A DNA stretch of 64,000 bases, from NCBI GenBank assembly GCA_963808235.1, contig CAWEEQ010000002.1, positions 64,001 through 128,000 on the forward strand. The letters are read 5' to 3'. The number at the start of each line of letters is the position of its first letter. Position 1 is the first letter of the stretch. The stretch comes from an uncultured delta proteobacterium (GTDB lineage: Bacteria > Desulfobacterota > Binatia > Binatales > Binataceae). Shown here piece after piece: positions 50,870-60,464 of the stretch. The notes under the pieces were generated by a model that saw only the letters and a list, made by a program, of their open reading frames with translations, searched no databases and had not been told where the DNA came from. The position numbers and the translations under genes were made by a program.

Positions 50870-52422
50870 GGAAACTCCGCTCTGTAGCGCGCTCCAGAAA
50901 CAGGAACGCCGGCGATCCGAGAAGCGTCGGAGTCGACGCGCGCGTATAGCGCGGCGACCTCGTCGGAATATATGAGACGCCAGCCGGTTTGCGAGTTCAT
51001 CAGCCGCGCGGCTGGAGAGCCGTTCTTCACCAGCGCGAAGTCATGCGGGTAACTGGCGAGAGTCTGCGCGCCGCTCGCATCGCCGCGATCCACTTTCATG
51101 TAGTCGGCGACCACCGCGGGTGGATAGCCAAGGTCATAGCGGCTGTCGATGAAAACCTTCGAGTCCGGCGTGGTGTGCCAGATCACGTACTGGCCCCACG
51201 CGTAATCCGCGAGCACATTACCCTTGAGTCCGTGATCTTTCATAAAGGCCACGGCGCGCACCGGGCTGTCCGACGCGTCGATTCCCGGCGCCAGCACTCC
51301 GTTGGCTCGCGCGAACACGATAGCCGCGACCGCGACCAGGATATTGACGAGCAGCCGGCCGGCACGCGGCATCGCGCGGGTGCTCGGAGGGTTGTCCTGA
51401 ACTTCGCGCGAACTCGCCGCCGGGCCCAGATGATTCGCGAATACCGGAGCAATCGCGATCGCCGCGAGAGGGACGTTGCGGACGGCCATGAAAGCCATCG
51501 TGAGCATCACGGCGGCAACAGCGATCAGCGGAAGGTCGCCGCGCTTCGGCGTCAGCACGACGGAAATGAATGCCGCGGCGAAGAACAAAAGCACGAGAAC
51601 GAAATATTCTTGATCGATGCTGCCTGCCGGCGCGTTGGTGAGTGACGGTATCAGCGGTACCCAGTCGCCAATCGTGGAGCGCGTCATCGGATTCAGGATC
51701 GAATGGATAAGCGTGTACCAGGTGTCGCGCGCGGGCGGGATTAGAAATGTGCAGAGTGTCGATGCCGCCGCGGCCGCCGCGATAGCAAGAATTCCAGCAC
51801 CGCGACTGAAACCGCGGCCAGACCAGCCCTCTTCGAGCATCGTCGCGGCCCCATAGACGCCGAGCGCGACCAGGCCGATAAAAAAACCGCCGTGTAAATT
51901 GCTCCAGATCGCGACTAGCGGAATCACGAACCAGAGCCGCGCCGTGCCGAGACGATTGTGACGTGCTAGCAGTGCGACAATTGCTGACAGCGACAGGAAA
52001 TCGAATAGCTGCGGGCGGAACTGCATCACCGGCGCCAGGATCAGCGCCACCACGAACAGGATCGATACCTGCACGACCGCCGACGCATCGCTTTCGGACT
52101 CGGCCAGCGCGACAAAGCAGATAGTACCCGCCGAGCATACGAACTTGAGCAGCTTCAGGCCGGCTGGCCCGAAGCGATCGAAGACCGCTGCCATCAGGAC
52201 TTCGCTCAACCATTCATGACGCAGCCAGGGGAAGCCCGGCGCCGAATACGAGTAGGGATTGCCGGCCGGCAGAGATCCATGAGCCAGCAGATCGCGCCCG
52301 AACAGGATGTGTCCCCACAGATCGGGATCGCTATGCTGGCGCGCGTCCGCGATCACGATCGCGAAGAGGACTATCGCCGGCGAGTAGCGCAAAAGCGAGA
52401 CGCGAGCGCGGCCGGCGGACAA
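50866..52422 (-). CDS. Polytopic membrane protein, GT-C-like (paralog 1)
   Basis: SDPDLWGH, NPYSY, HEWL, RPQLF, WSNLHGGF, WGQYVIW and VFIDSRYD. Confidence 0.8.
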   Translation of the reverse strand: MSAGRARVSLLRYSPAIVLFAIVIADARQHSDPDLWGHILFGRDLLAHGSLPAGNPYSYSAPGFPWLRHEWLSEVLMAAVFDRFGPAGLKLLKFVCSAGTICFVALAESESDASAVVQVSILFVVALILAPVMQFRPQLFDFLSLSAIVALLARHNRLGTARLWFVIPLVAIWSNLHGGFFIGLVALGVYGAATMLEEGWSGRGFSRGAGILAIAAAAAASTLCTFLIPPARDTWYTLIHSILNPMTRSTIGDWVPLIPSLTNAPAGSIDQEYFVLVLLFFAAAFISVVLTPKRGDLPLIAVAAVMLTMAFMAVRNVPLAAIAIAPVFANHLGPAASSREVQDNPPSTRAMPRAGRLLVNILVAVAAIVFARANGVLAPGIDASDSPVRAVAFMKDHGLKGNVLADYAWGQYVIWHTTPDSKVFIDSRYDLGYPPAVVADYMKVDRGDASGAQTLASYPHDFALVKNGSPAARLMNSQTGWRLIYSDEVAALYARVDSDASRIAGVPVSGARYRAEFP

Positions 52423-52434
52423 CGCGGTTCCTCG

Positions 52435-53289
52435 CTAGGCGCGAGCGGCGAAACAAATCGTCTCGTTGTCGAGGCGGACGATACCGTCGGATCCCGCGTA
52501 CGCGCGAGCCGCGGCGACCATCGCCTCACGGATTTGGCGGCGCATCTCGAGCGGACGCGTCGCGAACGCCGCGCGCGTCCCGCCGATTGCGCTTCGGAAG
52601 TCGGCGAACTCATCGGGCGACGCAAATTGGAAAGTCACGGTCAGCCGCTCGATGCTGACGTCGCGAAAGCCGGCCGCGACCAGCGCTCGATCGAGGATTG
52701 AAGGGTCCGCGAGCTTCAGCGGATCGGGCGCGTTCGGCGCCGGTGTGATTCCGGTGATTTTCCGAATCGCATCGCGCGCCATCCCGCACATCGGAACTTT
52801 GTCCGCCGACGACCACACCGCGGTAGCGATCCGCCCTTCCTGCGTAAGCGCGCGATGCAACCTCCGCAGCAGAGCGTCGATGTCGGGCATAAACATGAGG
52901 CCCCATCGGCACAGCACTGCGTCGAATGAGTGGTGGTCCAGCGCCAACGACTCGGCATCTGATTCGACCAGCGCAACGTTCTTGAGACCGGCAGAATCGA
53001 TTCGCTCGCGAGCAAGAGCGAGCATCCCCGGCGACATGTCAACCGCGACGACGCGCCCCGATTCTCCGACGGCGCGAGCCGCCGTGAGCGCGGGCTCTCC
53101 GCTGCCTGTCGCGATATCGAGCACGCGCTGACCGGCGCGCGCACCGGCAAGTTCGACCAACCGGTCGTTTACCACCTGCGCGGCGCGCTCGAACGTGGGC
53201 CACCAGCGTTTCCAACCTTCCGCGCTATCGTCCCAGGCGAGTTTCTGTTCGTGTTTCGCCTTTAGTTCGTCTGGATTTTGATTGCTCAT
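52435..53289 (-). CDS. Class I SAM-dependent methyltransferase
   Basis: VLDIATGSG, VDMSPGML and FDAVLCRWGLMF. Confidence 0.9.
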   Translation of the reverse strand: MSNQNPDELKAKHEQKLAWDDSAEGWKRWWPTFERAAQVVNDRLVELAGARAGQRVLDIATGSGEPALTAARAVGESGRVVAVDMSPGMLALARERIDSAGLKNVALVESDAESLALDHHSFDAVLCRWGLMFMPDIDALLRRLHRALTQEGRIATAVWSSADKVPMCGMARDAIRKITGITPAPNAPDPLKLADPSILDRALVAAGFRDVSIERLTVTFQFASPDEFADFRSAIGGTRAAFATRPLEMRRQIREAMVAAARAYAGSDGIVRLDNETICFAARA

Positions 53290-53308
53290 TCTATTTCACC
53301 TGGAAATC

Positions 53309-54817
53309 TCATTTTCGCAGCACGGTTACGCCACGCAGACGCGCGAGCACTTGCGGATATTCCTTTCTATAGGACTCGGCTGTGTCCGCGTCCTCATCGT
53401 CCATGATCAACACTGCGGTATTTGCCGTCGCCGCGTCGTACCGAACTGTGCGATCGAGTTGAGCGGCGGGCAGATAGTATCGAATCACGTTGATCGCATA
53501 CGGCGGAATCGCGGTGATTGTCTCACCCGGTTTGAGTGCCGCTTCGGCTATCGGGATTGCTTCGCGATACTGCGCGTCATGCGGCTTGCGATCGTACGAA
53601 ACAATGTGGCCGGCCGAGAATCCGATTGCGAGCACGAGGGCTCCGGCGCGAACAAGACCGGGAGGCATCTCAAAAATCCCCAACGCGACGAGGATGAAAA
53701 ACGCGACGAAGGACGCGAGCGCGTAACGTTCAACCAGGATAGGCCTCAGCGCGTACGACACCAGTAGCATCATGAGCGGCGCGGCCCACATCCAGATGAG
53801 CGCGAAGCCGATTGCATCGCGCGAACCGCGGCGGCGCCATCCGCCCACAACGCCCCAAATTGCAAGCGCGGCCAGAACCGGAAAGCCGAAACTCCCGGTT
53901 GCCTTGTTGAATAGCGTCAACGGCGCGTACAACGCGGGCAGCGCGGTCCCGCAGCAGCCGCAAAAGCCGCAGTGTGCGTGACCCGTGCCAGCCGGGGTCG
54001 CGCCGGCGATCGAGTGGAACGCTGAGAACAGGTTTGGCGCGAAAACACATCCGCTGGCGGCAAGCGCAATCGCAACTGCGAGTCCGCGCCCGACTACCGG
54101 GTCTGCTCGCCGAAATCGCGCACGGGCGACAATGTAGACGAGCCACACGACTTCGCTCGCGGGTACCAGCGCCGCGGCAAAGTGCGTGCCTATGGCGAAC
54201 ACGGTGAGAACCGCGACGGCGACGTAGTTCGCGACTCCGCCGCGGGCAAGAGCGCGCAGGAACATTCCCACCTGCGCCAGGATCGCGGCCAGCATCACCG
54301 GATACATCCGCGCTTCGCGTGAATATTTTATCGAGACGAGATTCACCGCGAACACTAGCGCGGCGAGCGCCGCAATCATTCTGACGTCGTCCTTCGACAT
54401 CGTTCCATCGGGCTCGGACGCAAATAACTCGCGGCTGACAAAATATACCAGCAGGATCGATAGCACGCCGAAAAGTGCCGACATCGCGCGCATCGCGGCC
54501 AGGCTCGATCCAAAAAGCGCGATCCATCCGTGCAGCATCAGGTCGTGGATTGGGAGCTTGCCCGCGTCGAGACGCCCCTGCCGGACGATCACCTCGCTTA
54601 TCGTCGGCGCGGTGGAGGTTGCCCACAAATCTCCTTCATCGGGAGACATCTCGAGTGCGCCGAGATTGGCGAAGCGTAGAAAAGAGCCGGCCGCGAGTGC
54701 GATGAGAAGCAGGACGAGACTCAGCGTACGAGCCGACCTGATCGGGCGAACGATTGCGCGCTGATTCGGGTGATCGAGCGAGGGTTCGCGCTCGTTGGCT
54801 TTGGATGCGCCCGTCAG
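53309..54817 (-). CDS. PMT/GT39-like (GT-C) glycosyltransferase, probably starting at CTG 54817
   Basis: SPDEG loop, AMRAMSALFG, YSREARMY and ERY. The frame stays open upstream of ATG 54649 and encodes the first TM helix (LSLVLLLIALAAGSFLRFANLG). Confidence 0.75.
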   Translation of the reverse strand: MTGASKANEREPSLDHPNQRAIVRPIRSARTLSLVLLLIALAAGSFLRFANLGALEMSPDEGDLWATSTAPTISEVIVRQGRLDAGKLPIHDLMLHGWIALFGSSLAAMRAMSALFGVLSILLVYFVSRELFASEPDGTMSKDDVRMIAALAALVFAVNLVSIKYSREARMYPVMLAAILAQVGMFLRALARGGVANYVAVAVLTVFAIGTHFAAALVPASEVVWLVYIVARARFRRADPVVGRGLAVAIALAASGCVFAPNLFSAFHSIAGATPAGTGHAHCGFCGCCGTALPALYAPLTLFNKATGSFGFPVLAALAIWGVVGGWRRRGSRDAIGFALIWMWAAPLMMLLVSYALRPILVERYALASFVAFFILVALGIFEMPPGLVRAGALVLAIGFSAGHIVSYDRKPHDAQYREAIPIAEAALKPGETITAIPPYAINVIRYYLPAAQLDRTVRYDAATANTAVLIMDDEDADTAESYRKEYPQVLARLRGVTVLRK

Positions 54818-55083
54818 AGACCTTTCCTTAACTGTGGCGCAGGACGAAAGCCGACCGTACGCGCCGCCGGGATGGTCATCGGCGCGTTCGTGCGGGGATT
54901 GAAACCGGCGCGCGCGCGACGCCGGCGCACGGAAAAGGTGCCGAAGCCGGGCACCCAGAAGCGCTTGTCCTTGCGAATCGAGCGCGCGATTTGTTCGAAG
55001 GCGAGATCCAGTGTGGTCGCGACCAGCTTTTTGGGCTGGCGCGTGGACCGCGCGATCGCCTCGATCAGTTCCGCCTTGGTCAT
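54814..55083 (-). CDS. HU-family DNA-binding protein
   Basis: MTKAELIEAIA, GFGTFSV, RAGFNPRT and VGFRPA. Confidence 0.93.
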   Translation of the reverse strand: MTKAELIEAIARSTRQPKKLVATTLDLAFEQIARSIRKDKRFWVPGFGTFSVRRRRARAGFNPRTNAPMTIPAARTVGFRPAPQLRKGL

Positions 55084-55179
55084 CGCCGGGATCCTCCCCG
55101 AGAATTTCTGCAACTCGAATTTTCTATAGCCAAATTTCTATAGTAGATGAAGCACGCCCGGCCAAAACCCCGCGAAACG

Positions 55180-56529
55180 CTACGCGAGCGCCGCGGCCGG
55201 CACGGCGGGCGCAACCGGTTCAATTCGATTGCTTGCGATCCAGTCGTCGATTGCGGCGAGTGCGCGCGTCCCCTTCGCGATCTTCCGCTCCCGTCCGCGC
55301 GTCCGGACTTTCAGATCCGGCAGCAGGCCATAGTTTGCGTTCATCGGCTGAAAATCGCGCCGCGCCGGATCGGTGATGTAGGCAACGAGCGATCCGAGCG
55401 CCGTCTCGGGCGGCGGGATGACCAATTCCCGACCCTCAACGATATTCGCCACGTTGATTCCCGCCAGCAATCCCGCCGCCGCCGATTCGACGTAGCCTTC
55501 CACGCCGACCATTTGGCCCGCGACAAAGAGATCGTCGCGCACCTTGAGTTGGAGAGTCGGGCGCAGCAGGCGCGGTGAATCGATGAAGGTGTTGCGATGC
55601 AACGATCCGAGTCGCACGAACTCGGCCTTCGCCATCCCGGGAATCATCCGCAGCACCCGGCGCTGCGCCGAGTAGGTCATCTTGGTCTGGAAGCCGACCA
55701 TGTTGTAGAGGCGTCCCGCCGCGTCGTCCTGCCGAAGCTGCACGACCGCGAACGGTCGCCGGCCGCTGACTGGCTCTGAGAGCCCGACCGGACGCATCGG
55801 GCCGAATGCGAGCGTCATCGGTCCCCGCCGCGCCATCTCCTCGATCGGCATGCATCCCTCGAAATAGACCGGCTTCTCGAATGGATGCAGTTCGACTTTT
55901 TCCGCTGCGAGCAATTCGGCAACGAACGACTCGTACTCAGCCGCGGTCATCGGGCAGTTGATATAGTCGTCGCCGCCCTTGCCGTAACGCGAAGCTTTGA
56001 ACGCGATGCTCATGTCGATCGATTCGGCCGCCACGATCGGCGCGATCGCGTCGTAGAAATACAGGTTGCGCGGACCGATCAGGCGGTTAAGCGCCTCGCC
56101 GAGTGCGGGACTCGTGAGCGGACCGGTCGCGAGGATCGTCAGCCCCGTGGGAATCTCGGGCGCCTCGGCGCGGCAAATCTCGACCATCGGGTGTTGTTCC
56201 AGGGTCTCGGTTATCGTGCGCGAGAAGTCGTTACGATCGACCGCAAGGGCGGAACCGGCGGGCACTCGCGCGCGATCGGCGGCCGCGATCACGATCGAGC
56301 CGAGCCGGCGCATCTCTTCCTTCAGCACGCCGACTGCCGTTTCCATCGAATCGTTGCGCAGCGAGTTCGAGCAGACCAGCTCGGCGAAACCGTCCGTGCG
56401 ATGCGCTTCGGTCATCATTACCGGGCGCATCTCGACCAAGCGGACTCGGATACCCCGGCGGGCGAGCTGATACGCCGCCTCGCTGCCGGCGAGGCCGGCG
56501 CCAACCACGGTTACCTGGAATTCAGCCAT
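55180..56529 (-). CDS. trmFO: FAD/folate-dependent tRNA m5U54 methyltransferase
   Basis: GAGLAGSEAA, AELVCSNS, FYDAIAP, YFEGCMP, VGFQT, HRNTF and GVEGYVES. Confidence 0.96.
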   Translation of the reverse strand: MAEFQVTVVGAGLAGSEAAYQLARRGIRVRLVEMRPVMMTEAHRTDGFAELVCSNSLRNDSMETAVGVLKEEMRRLGSIVIAAADRARVPAGSALAVDRNDFSRTITETLEQHPMVEICRAEAPEIPTGLTILATGPLTSPALGEALNRLIGPRNLYFYDAIAPIVAAESIDMSIAFKASRYGKGGDDYINCPMTAAEYESFVAELLAAEKVELHPFEKPVYFEGCMPIEEMARRGPMTLAFGPMRPVGLSEPVSGRRPFAVVQLRQDDAAGRLYNMVGFQTKMTYSAQRRVLRMIPGMAKAEFVRLGSLHRNTFIDSPRLLRPTLQLKVRDDLFVAGQMVGVEGYVESAAAGLLAGINVANIVEGRELVIPPPETALGSLVAYITDPARRDFQPMNANYGLLPDLKVRTRGRERKIAKGTRALAAIDDWIASNRIEPVAPAVPAAALA

Positions 56530-56639
56530 TGAGGTTTGCCGCGCGAGGAACCACGTAGATACGGCGAAACAGTGATCGTGGCGTTTTTCCCCGGTCGTGT
56601 AAACCGCTCGGTCTGAGCTAAGAATTGCTTTGCTCCGGA

Positions 56640-56666
56640 TGTCGATCCCGCGCGTGGTCGTTCGAC
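56640..56666 (+). promoter_or_regulatory. ECF42-type promoter of the DGPF-sigma operon
   Basis: TGTCGA-N17-CGAC, ending 42 nt before the first DGPF gene. Matches the ECF42 consensus as I recall it (-35 TGTCGA, -10 CG(A/T)C). Confidence 0.7.
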
Positions 56667-56708
56667 TAACAGTGAGAGTCCCAAGTTCGGGCCAACAAGG
56701 AGAATGCC

Positions 56709-57062
56709 ATGGAGTACATGCTTTTGATTTATAACAGCGAGGCCGACGGCAAGAAGCTTTCCGAGGCGACGCATCAGGAAATCTTTCAGGAGTACATGAC
56801 CTTCACCCAGGACCTCACCAAGGCCGGGAAGAACAAGGGCGGGGCGCCGCTCGAGCAAACAGCTACCGCCACCACGGTTCGCGTGCGCAACGGCAAGACG
56901 GTGGTGACCGACGGCCCCTTCGCGGAGACCAAGGAACAGCTCGGCGGATACTACCTGGTCGAGGCGAAGGATCTCGACGAAGCGATCTCGATCGCGGCTC
57001 GGATTCCAGGCGCGAAGTTCGGTTCGATCGAAGTGCGCCCGGTGATGAAGATCAACATGTAG
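56709..57062 (+). CDS. YciI/DGPF-domain protein
   Basis: TDGPFAETKEQLGGYY and IEVRPV. Confidence 0.92.
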   Translation: MEYMLLIYNSEADGKKLSEATHQEIFQEYMTFTQDLTKAGKNKGGAPLEQTATATTVRVRNGKTVVTDGPFAETKEQLGGYYLVEAKDLDEAISIAARIPGAKFGSIEVRPVMKINM

Positions 57063-57117
57063 CCTGGCCGCGCCGCTTTCATTGAGGTGACGCGAAAGAT
57101 CGGACAGGAGAACGACG

Positions 57118-57906
57118 ATGAAGTACATGATCACGGGCGCGGAACTGCGCGGAGAATCGGACAGCCTCGACGCGGAAGAGATCAACCGGCGAGTCAGGCA
57201 CCATCAGCAAAAACTCGAGGAGCTTCGCCGCGCGCGCGTGCACAGCGGAAAGCCCGGCCTTATATGTGCTTCGGTGGGACTCGGCCGCGATCGCGAGACC
57301 ATCACCGTAAAGAACCGCGGCGGCAAACATTTGCGGATCGACGGCCCGTTTCCGGAGACCAAAGAGCTGGTGGGCGGCTTCGACATCATTGATTTCGACT
57401 CGTACCCGGAAGCGATCGAATTCGCGAAATACGAGAACGCGCATCAGAGTCTCGTGATCGAGCTCCGGCCGATTCGCGAGTTCTGGTGGATTTCGCAGAC
57501 CTTTGGACAGGCAGCCTCGAAGATTTTCATGCTCAGCTCGGTCGAGGATGAGCGCGCCACGCTGAGTTTGCCTGACGAAGTGCGCACGCAAATCATGCGG
57601 CAGCATCAGGGCGTCGGCGCCGAATACGTGCAAGCTCGCGCGATGCTCGATCAAGAGCCCGGACTGTGGGTCGGCGCGCGCCTGCAGGTTTCCACCGAGG
57701 CGAAAACTATCCGATCGGCTAACGGTAGCCGCCGGGTGACGGACGGACCGTTCGCTGAGACCAGGGAAGTCACCGGCGGTTTCAACCTGATCGCATGCGC
57801 GTCGATGGACGAGGCGATCAAATGGGCGGAAAAGTTGGCCGCCCGCGACGGTGATGCAATCGAAGTCAGGCCGGTCGAAGGATGCTGGTGGATTTATCAC
57901 GAATGA
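57118..57906 (+). CDS. Protein with two tandem DGPF (YciI) domains
   Basis: IDGPFPETKELVGGF...IELRPI and TDGPFAETREVTGGF...IEVRPV. Confidence 0.88.
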   Translation: MKYMITGAELRGESDSLDAEEINRRVRHHQQKLEELRRARVHSGKPGLICASVGLGRDRETITVKNRGGKHLRIDGPFPETKELVGGFDIIDFDSYPEAIEFAKYENAHQSLVIELRPIREFWWISQTFGQAASKIFMLSSVEDERATLSLPDEVRTQIMRQHQGVGAEYVQARAMLDQEPGLWVGARLQVSTEAKTIRSANGSRRVTDGPFAETREVTGGFNLIACASMDEAIKWAEKLAARDGDAIEVRPVEGCWWIYHE

Positions 57907-57983
57907 GGCGATGACAGGTCGGCGCGGCCTCGCAGTAGCGACTATCGGGCCCGCGGAATAAGTTTGCCATCGAGCAGTCTTTA

Positions 57984-59243
57984 ATGGACTTGTCGATGGA
58001 CAATACGGCGGCCGGGATCGAGCGTTTCTACCGCGAGGACTTCGGCCGAATCCTCGCCACGCTTATCCGCGTGCTCGGCGACTTCACACTTGCCGAGGAC
58101 TCCGCCCAGGATGCGTTTGAAGCCGCGCTCGAGCAATGGCGCCGCGACGGTCTTCCGCAAAATCCTCGCGCATGGATCATCGGAGTCGCGCGTAACAAGG
58201 CGATCGATCGCATCCGCCGCCGGGCCCGCTTCGACGATCGTCGCGAAGAGTTGATCCGCATGGCCGAGAGCGATGATACCGACACAGATTGCGACCCGGC
58301 GGGCGAACTGCGCGATGAGCGCCTGAGACTCATCTTCACCTGCTGTCATCCCGCGCTCGCCGACGACGCTCGCATCGCGCTCTCGCTCAGGACGCTGTGC
58401 GGGCTCAAGACCGAGGAGATCGCGCGCGCGTTTCTGACCGCGCCTTCCACCATGGCGCAGCGGCTGGTCCGCGCCCAGCGCAAGATCCGCGCGGCGAGGA
58501 TTCCGTACGAGGTGCCGTCGGCCGGGTTGCTCGCCGAGCGCCTCGAGGCCGTGATGGCAGTAATTTACCTGGTCTTCTCCGAAGGATACGGCGCGACTTC
58601 CGGCGAGCGTTTGATTCGAACCGACCTCTGCGCCGAGGCGATCCGGCTCGGCCGCGTGCTGGTCGAACTGATGCCGGCCGAAGCGGAACCGCGTGGACTG
58701 CTCGCAATGATGCTGCTGCATGATTCGCGGCGCGAGACCCGAATCGACGAGCAAGGTGAGATGGTGTTGCTCGAGGAACAGAATCGGGCGCGATGGGATC
58801 GTGCGCAGATTGCCGATGGTCTCCAACTTTCGGAGTCCGCGCTTCGCACCGATTCGCCGGGCCCGTATGCGCTCCAGGCGGCAATCGCGGCGATTCATTC
58901 GCGAGCCGCACGGACCGACGACACCGACTGGCGCGCGATCGCTGAGCTTTATGGACGCCTCCATGCGATGCAGCCCTCGCCGGTGATCGAACTGAATCGA
59001 GCAGTCGCAGTCGCGATGGCCGACGGTCCTGAAGTGGGGCTGAAGCTTATAGATGCGATCGAGACCAGCGGCGATTTGCGCGACTACTACCTGATGTGGT
59101 CGGCGCGCGCGGATCTGCTGCGCCGGCTGGAGCGATGGAGCGAGGCGGCCGAGTCGTACAACGCAGCGCTCGCGCGCGTAGGCAGCGCGCCCGAGCGGCG
59201 GTTCCTCAGAAGACGCCTCGCGGAGGTGACGCGCCGGATTTGA
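57984..59243 (+). CDS. ECF sigma factor with C-terminal TPR extension (ECF42-like)
   Basis: AEDSAQDAF, DERLRLIFTCCHPAL, MAQRLVRA, GPYALQAAIAAIH and LNRAVA. Adjacent to DGPF genes. Confidence 0.92.
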   Translation: MDLSMDNTAAGIERFYREDFGRILATLIRVLGDFTLAEDSAQDAFEAALEQWRRDGLPQNPRAWIIGVARNKAIDRIRRRARFDDRREELIRMAESDDTDTDCDPAGELRDERLRLIFTCCHPALADDARIALSLRTLCGLKTEEIARAFLTAPSTMAQRLVRAQRKIRAARIPYEVPSAGLLAERLEAVMAVIYLVFSEGYGATSGERLIRTDLCAEAIRLGRVLVELMPAEAEPRGLLAMMLLHDSRRETRIDEQGEMVLLEEQNRARWDRAQIADGLQLSESALRTDSPGPYALQAAIAAIHSRAARTDDTDWRAIAELYGRLHAMQPSPVIELNRAVAVAMADGPEVGLKLIDAIETSGDLRDYYLMWSARADLLRRLERWSEAAESYNAALARVGSAPERRFLRRRLAEVTRRI

Positions 59244-59262
59244 GGCGCTACGTTCCGTGATC

Positions 59263-59814
59263 TCAGCGCGAGCCGCGTAGCGAGGCGACGGTCTCGCAAG
59301 AGGCCTGATGCCGGATCGCATCCAGGTCAACCACCTGCTTTTCGTCATTGATGAGGATGCGGAACAGAAAGAGACCCTTGTTCGTCGGCGCGAAGAGGAT
59401 GACCCGCACAGGCGCGTTGTCGAGAGAAGGAAGCTCCGTGCCCGGCCGCAGCGCGATGATCTCGATCGAGTTGCCGGCTATCTGCTGGTCGTTACGGACG
59501 AAGAAATTGTTGGTCGCGGCGTCGAAGGCGGAGACCGACCAATAGGTCGAATGCGGTACGCGTGCCGTGACTTTCAACGGTCCCTTCGACAGATCGAACG
59601 GGCAAGCCGAATAGAAAAAATCGGGGCTCGGTCTGACCACACCGCGCGATGTCTCGTCCGGCCGCGTGCCGAAATACATGGCGTTCGGCTGGCCCATCCG
59701 CGCCTCCGCCCGCGCCGCGATGAGACGCGGTAGCGCATAGATTGTGCCCATATGCACGAAAGCGGCCACGGCCAGGGCCGCGGCGAGCCACAGCATCCAT
59801 TCGCGGCGGCTCAT
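59263..59814 (-). CDS. DUF1254-like protein
   Basis: N-terminal anchor, RPSPDFFYSACPFDLSKGP and YWSVSAFD. Confidence 0.8.
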   Translation of the reverse strand: MSRREWMLWLAAALAVAAFVHMGTIYALPRLIAARAEARMGQPNAMYFGTRPDETSRGVVRPSPDFFYSACPFDLSKGPLKVTARVPHSTYWSVSAFDAATNNFFVRNDQQIAGNSIEIIALRPGTELPSLDNAPVRVILFAPTNKGLFLFRILINDEKQVVDLDAIRHQASCETVASLRGSR

Positions 59815-60377
59815 GAGCAGGATACCTTCTTCAAGGCCGGCAATACGCAATGCGCCGGATCGAGAACAATGCTCGAGCCGGGGTTGTAGAGGCGCAGTGT
59901 GAGTGAGAATCGCCCCGGCCCAACGGGAATCCAGTTGTTGCCGTCTGCGACTCCGCCGACCTGCACGGCAAATCCGGCGCTCGCGTCCCGCGCGATCGCC
60001 GTTTTCGAAACAGAATAGCGGTGAGTCGGATTAGGGATGAGATAATCGTCCGGCCCATAGGCCGTCACACTCCACCAGCGCGCGTCGGGCTCGCGGCCTG
60101 TGATCTCATATCGGCAATCCCCGTCAAGCGCGTGCCCGTCGCTGTCGGCGGTCGCCGTGTAGTAGATGGCTTCGCTCCGATCGAGCGCGAAGAGACCGTG
60201 TATGGCAACGAAAGCGCGCTTGTAAGGATCGCTTTGCGCACTCCCGGCGGTGAGATTGCTTTTCCACGGTCCATTGCTCACTCCCGGAGTGCTGCGAAAC
60301 ACCGTCAGCCAGGTGGCCAGGACGCCAACCACGGTCCCGAAGATCAGCACCGCGAGAATTTTCCACGCAATCCGCAT
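59811..60377 (-). CDS. DUF1214-like protein
   Basis: EAIYYTATADSDGHALDG, ARWWSVTAY, NWIP and LTLRLYNP. Confidence 0.85.
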   Translation of the reverse strand: MRIAWKILAVLIFGTVVGVLATWLTVFRSTPGVSNGPWKSNLTAGSAQSDPYKRAFVAIHGLFALDRSEAIYYTATADSDGHALDGDCRYEITGREPDARWWSVTAYGPDDYLIPNPTHRYSVSKTAIARDASAGFAVQVGGVADGNNWIPVGPGRFSLTLRLYNPGSSIVLDPAHCVLPALKKVSCS

Positions 60378-60464
60378 GACAAAGACCTGTCCCTGTCTAT
60401 ATCCAATCTAGCGCAGAACACCGCGCTCGCGCGTAGTGACGGGGCGCGCGAATGAAGCGTGATT

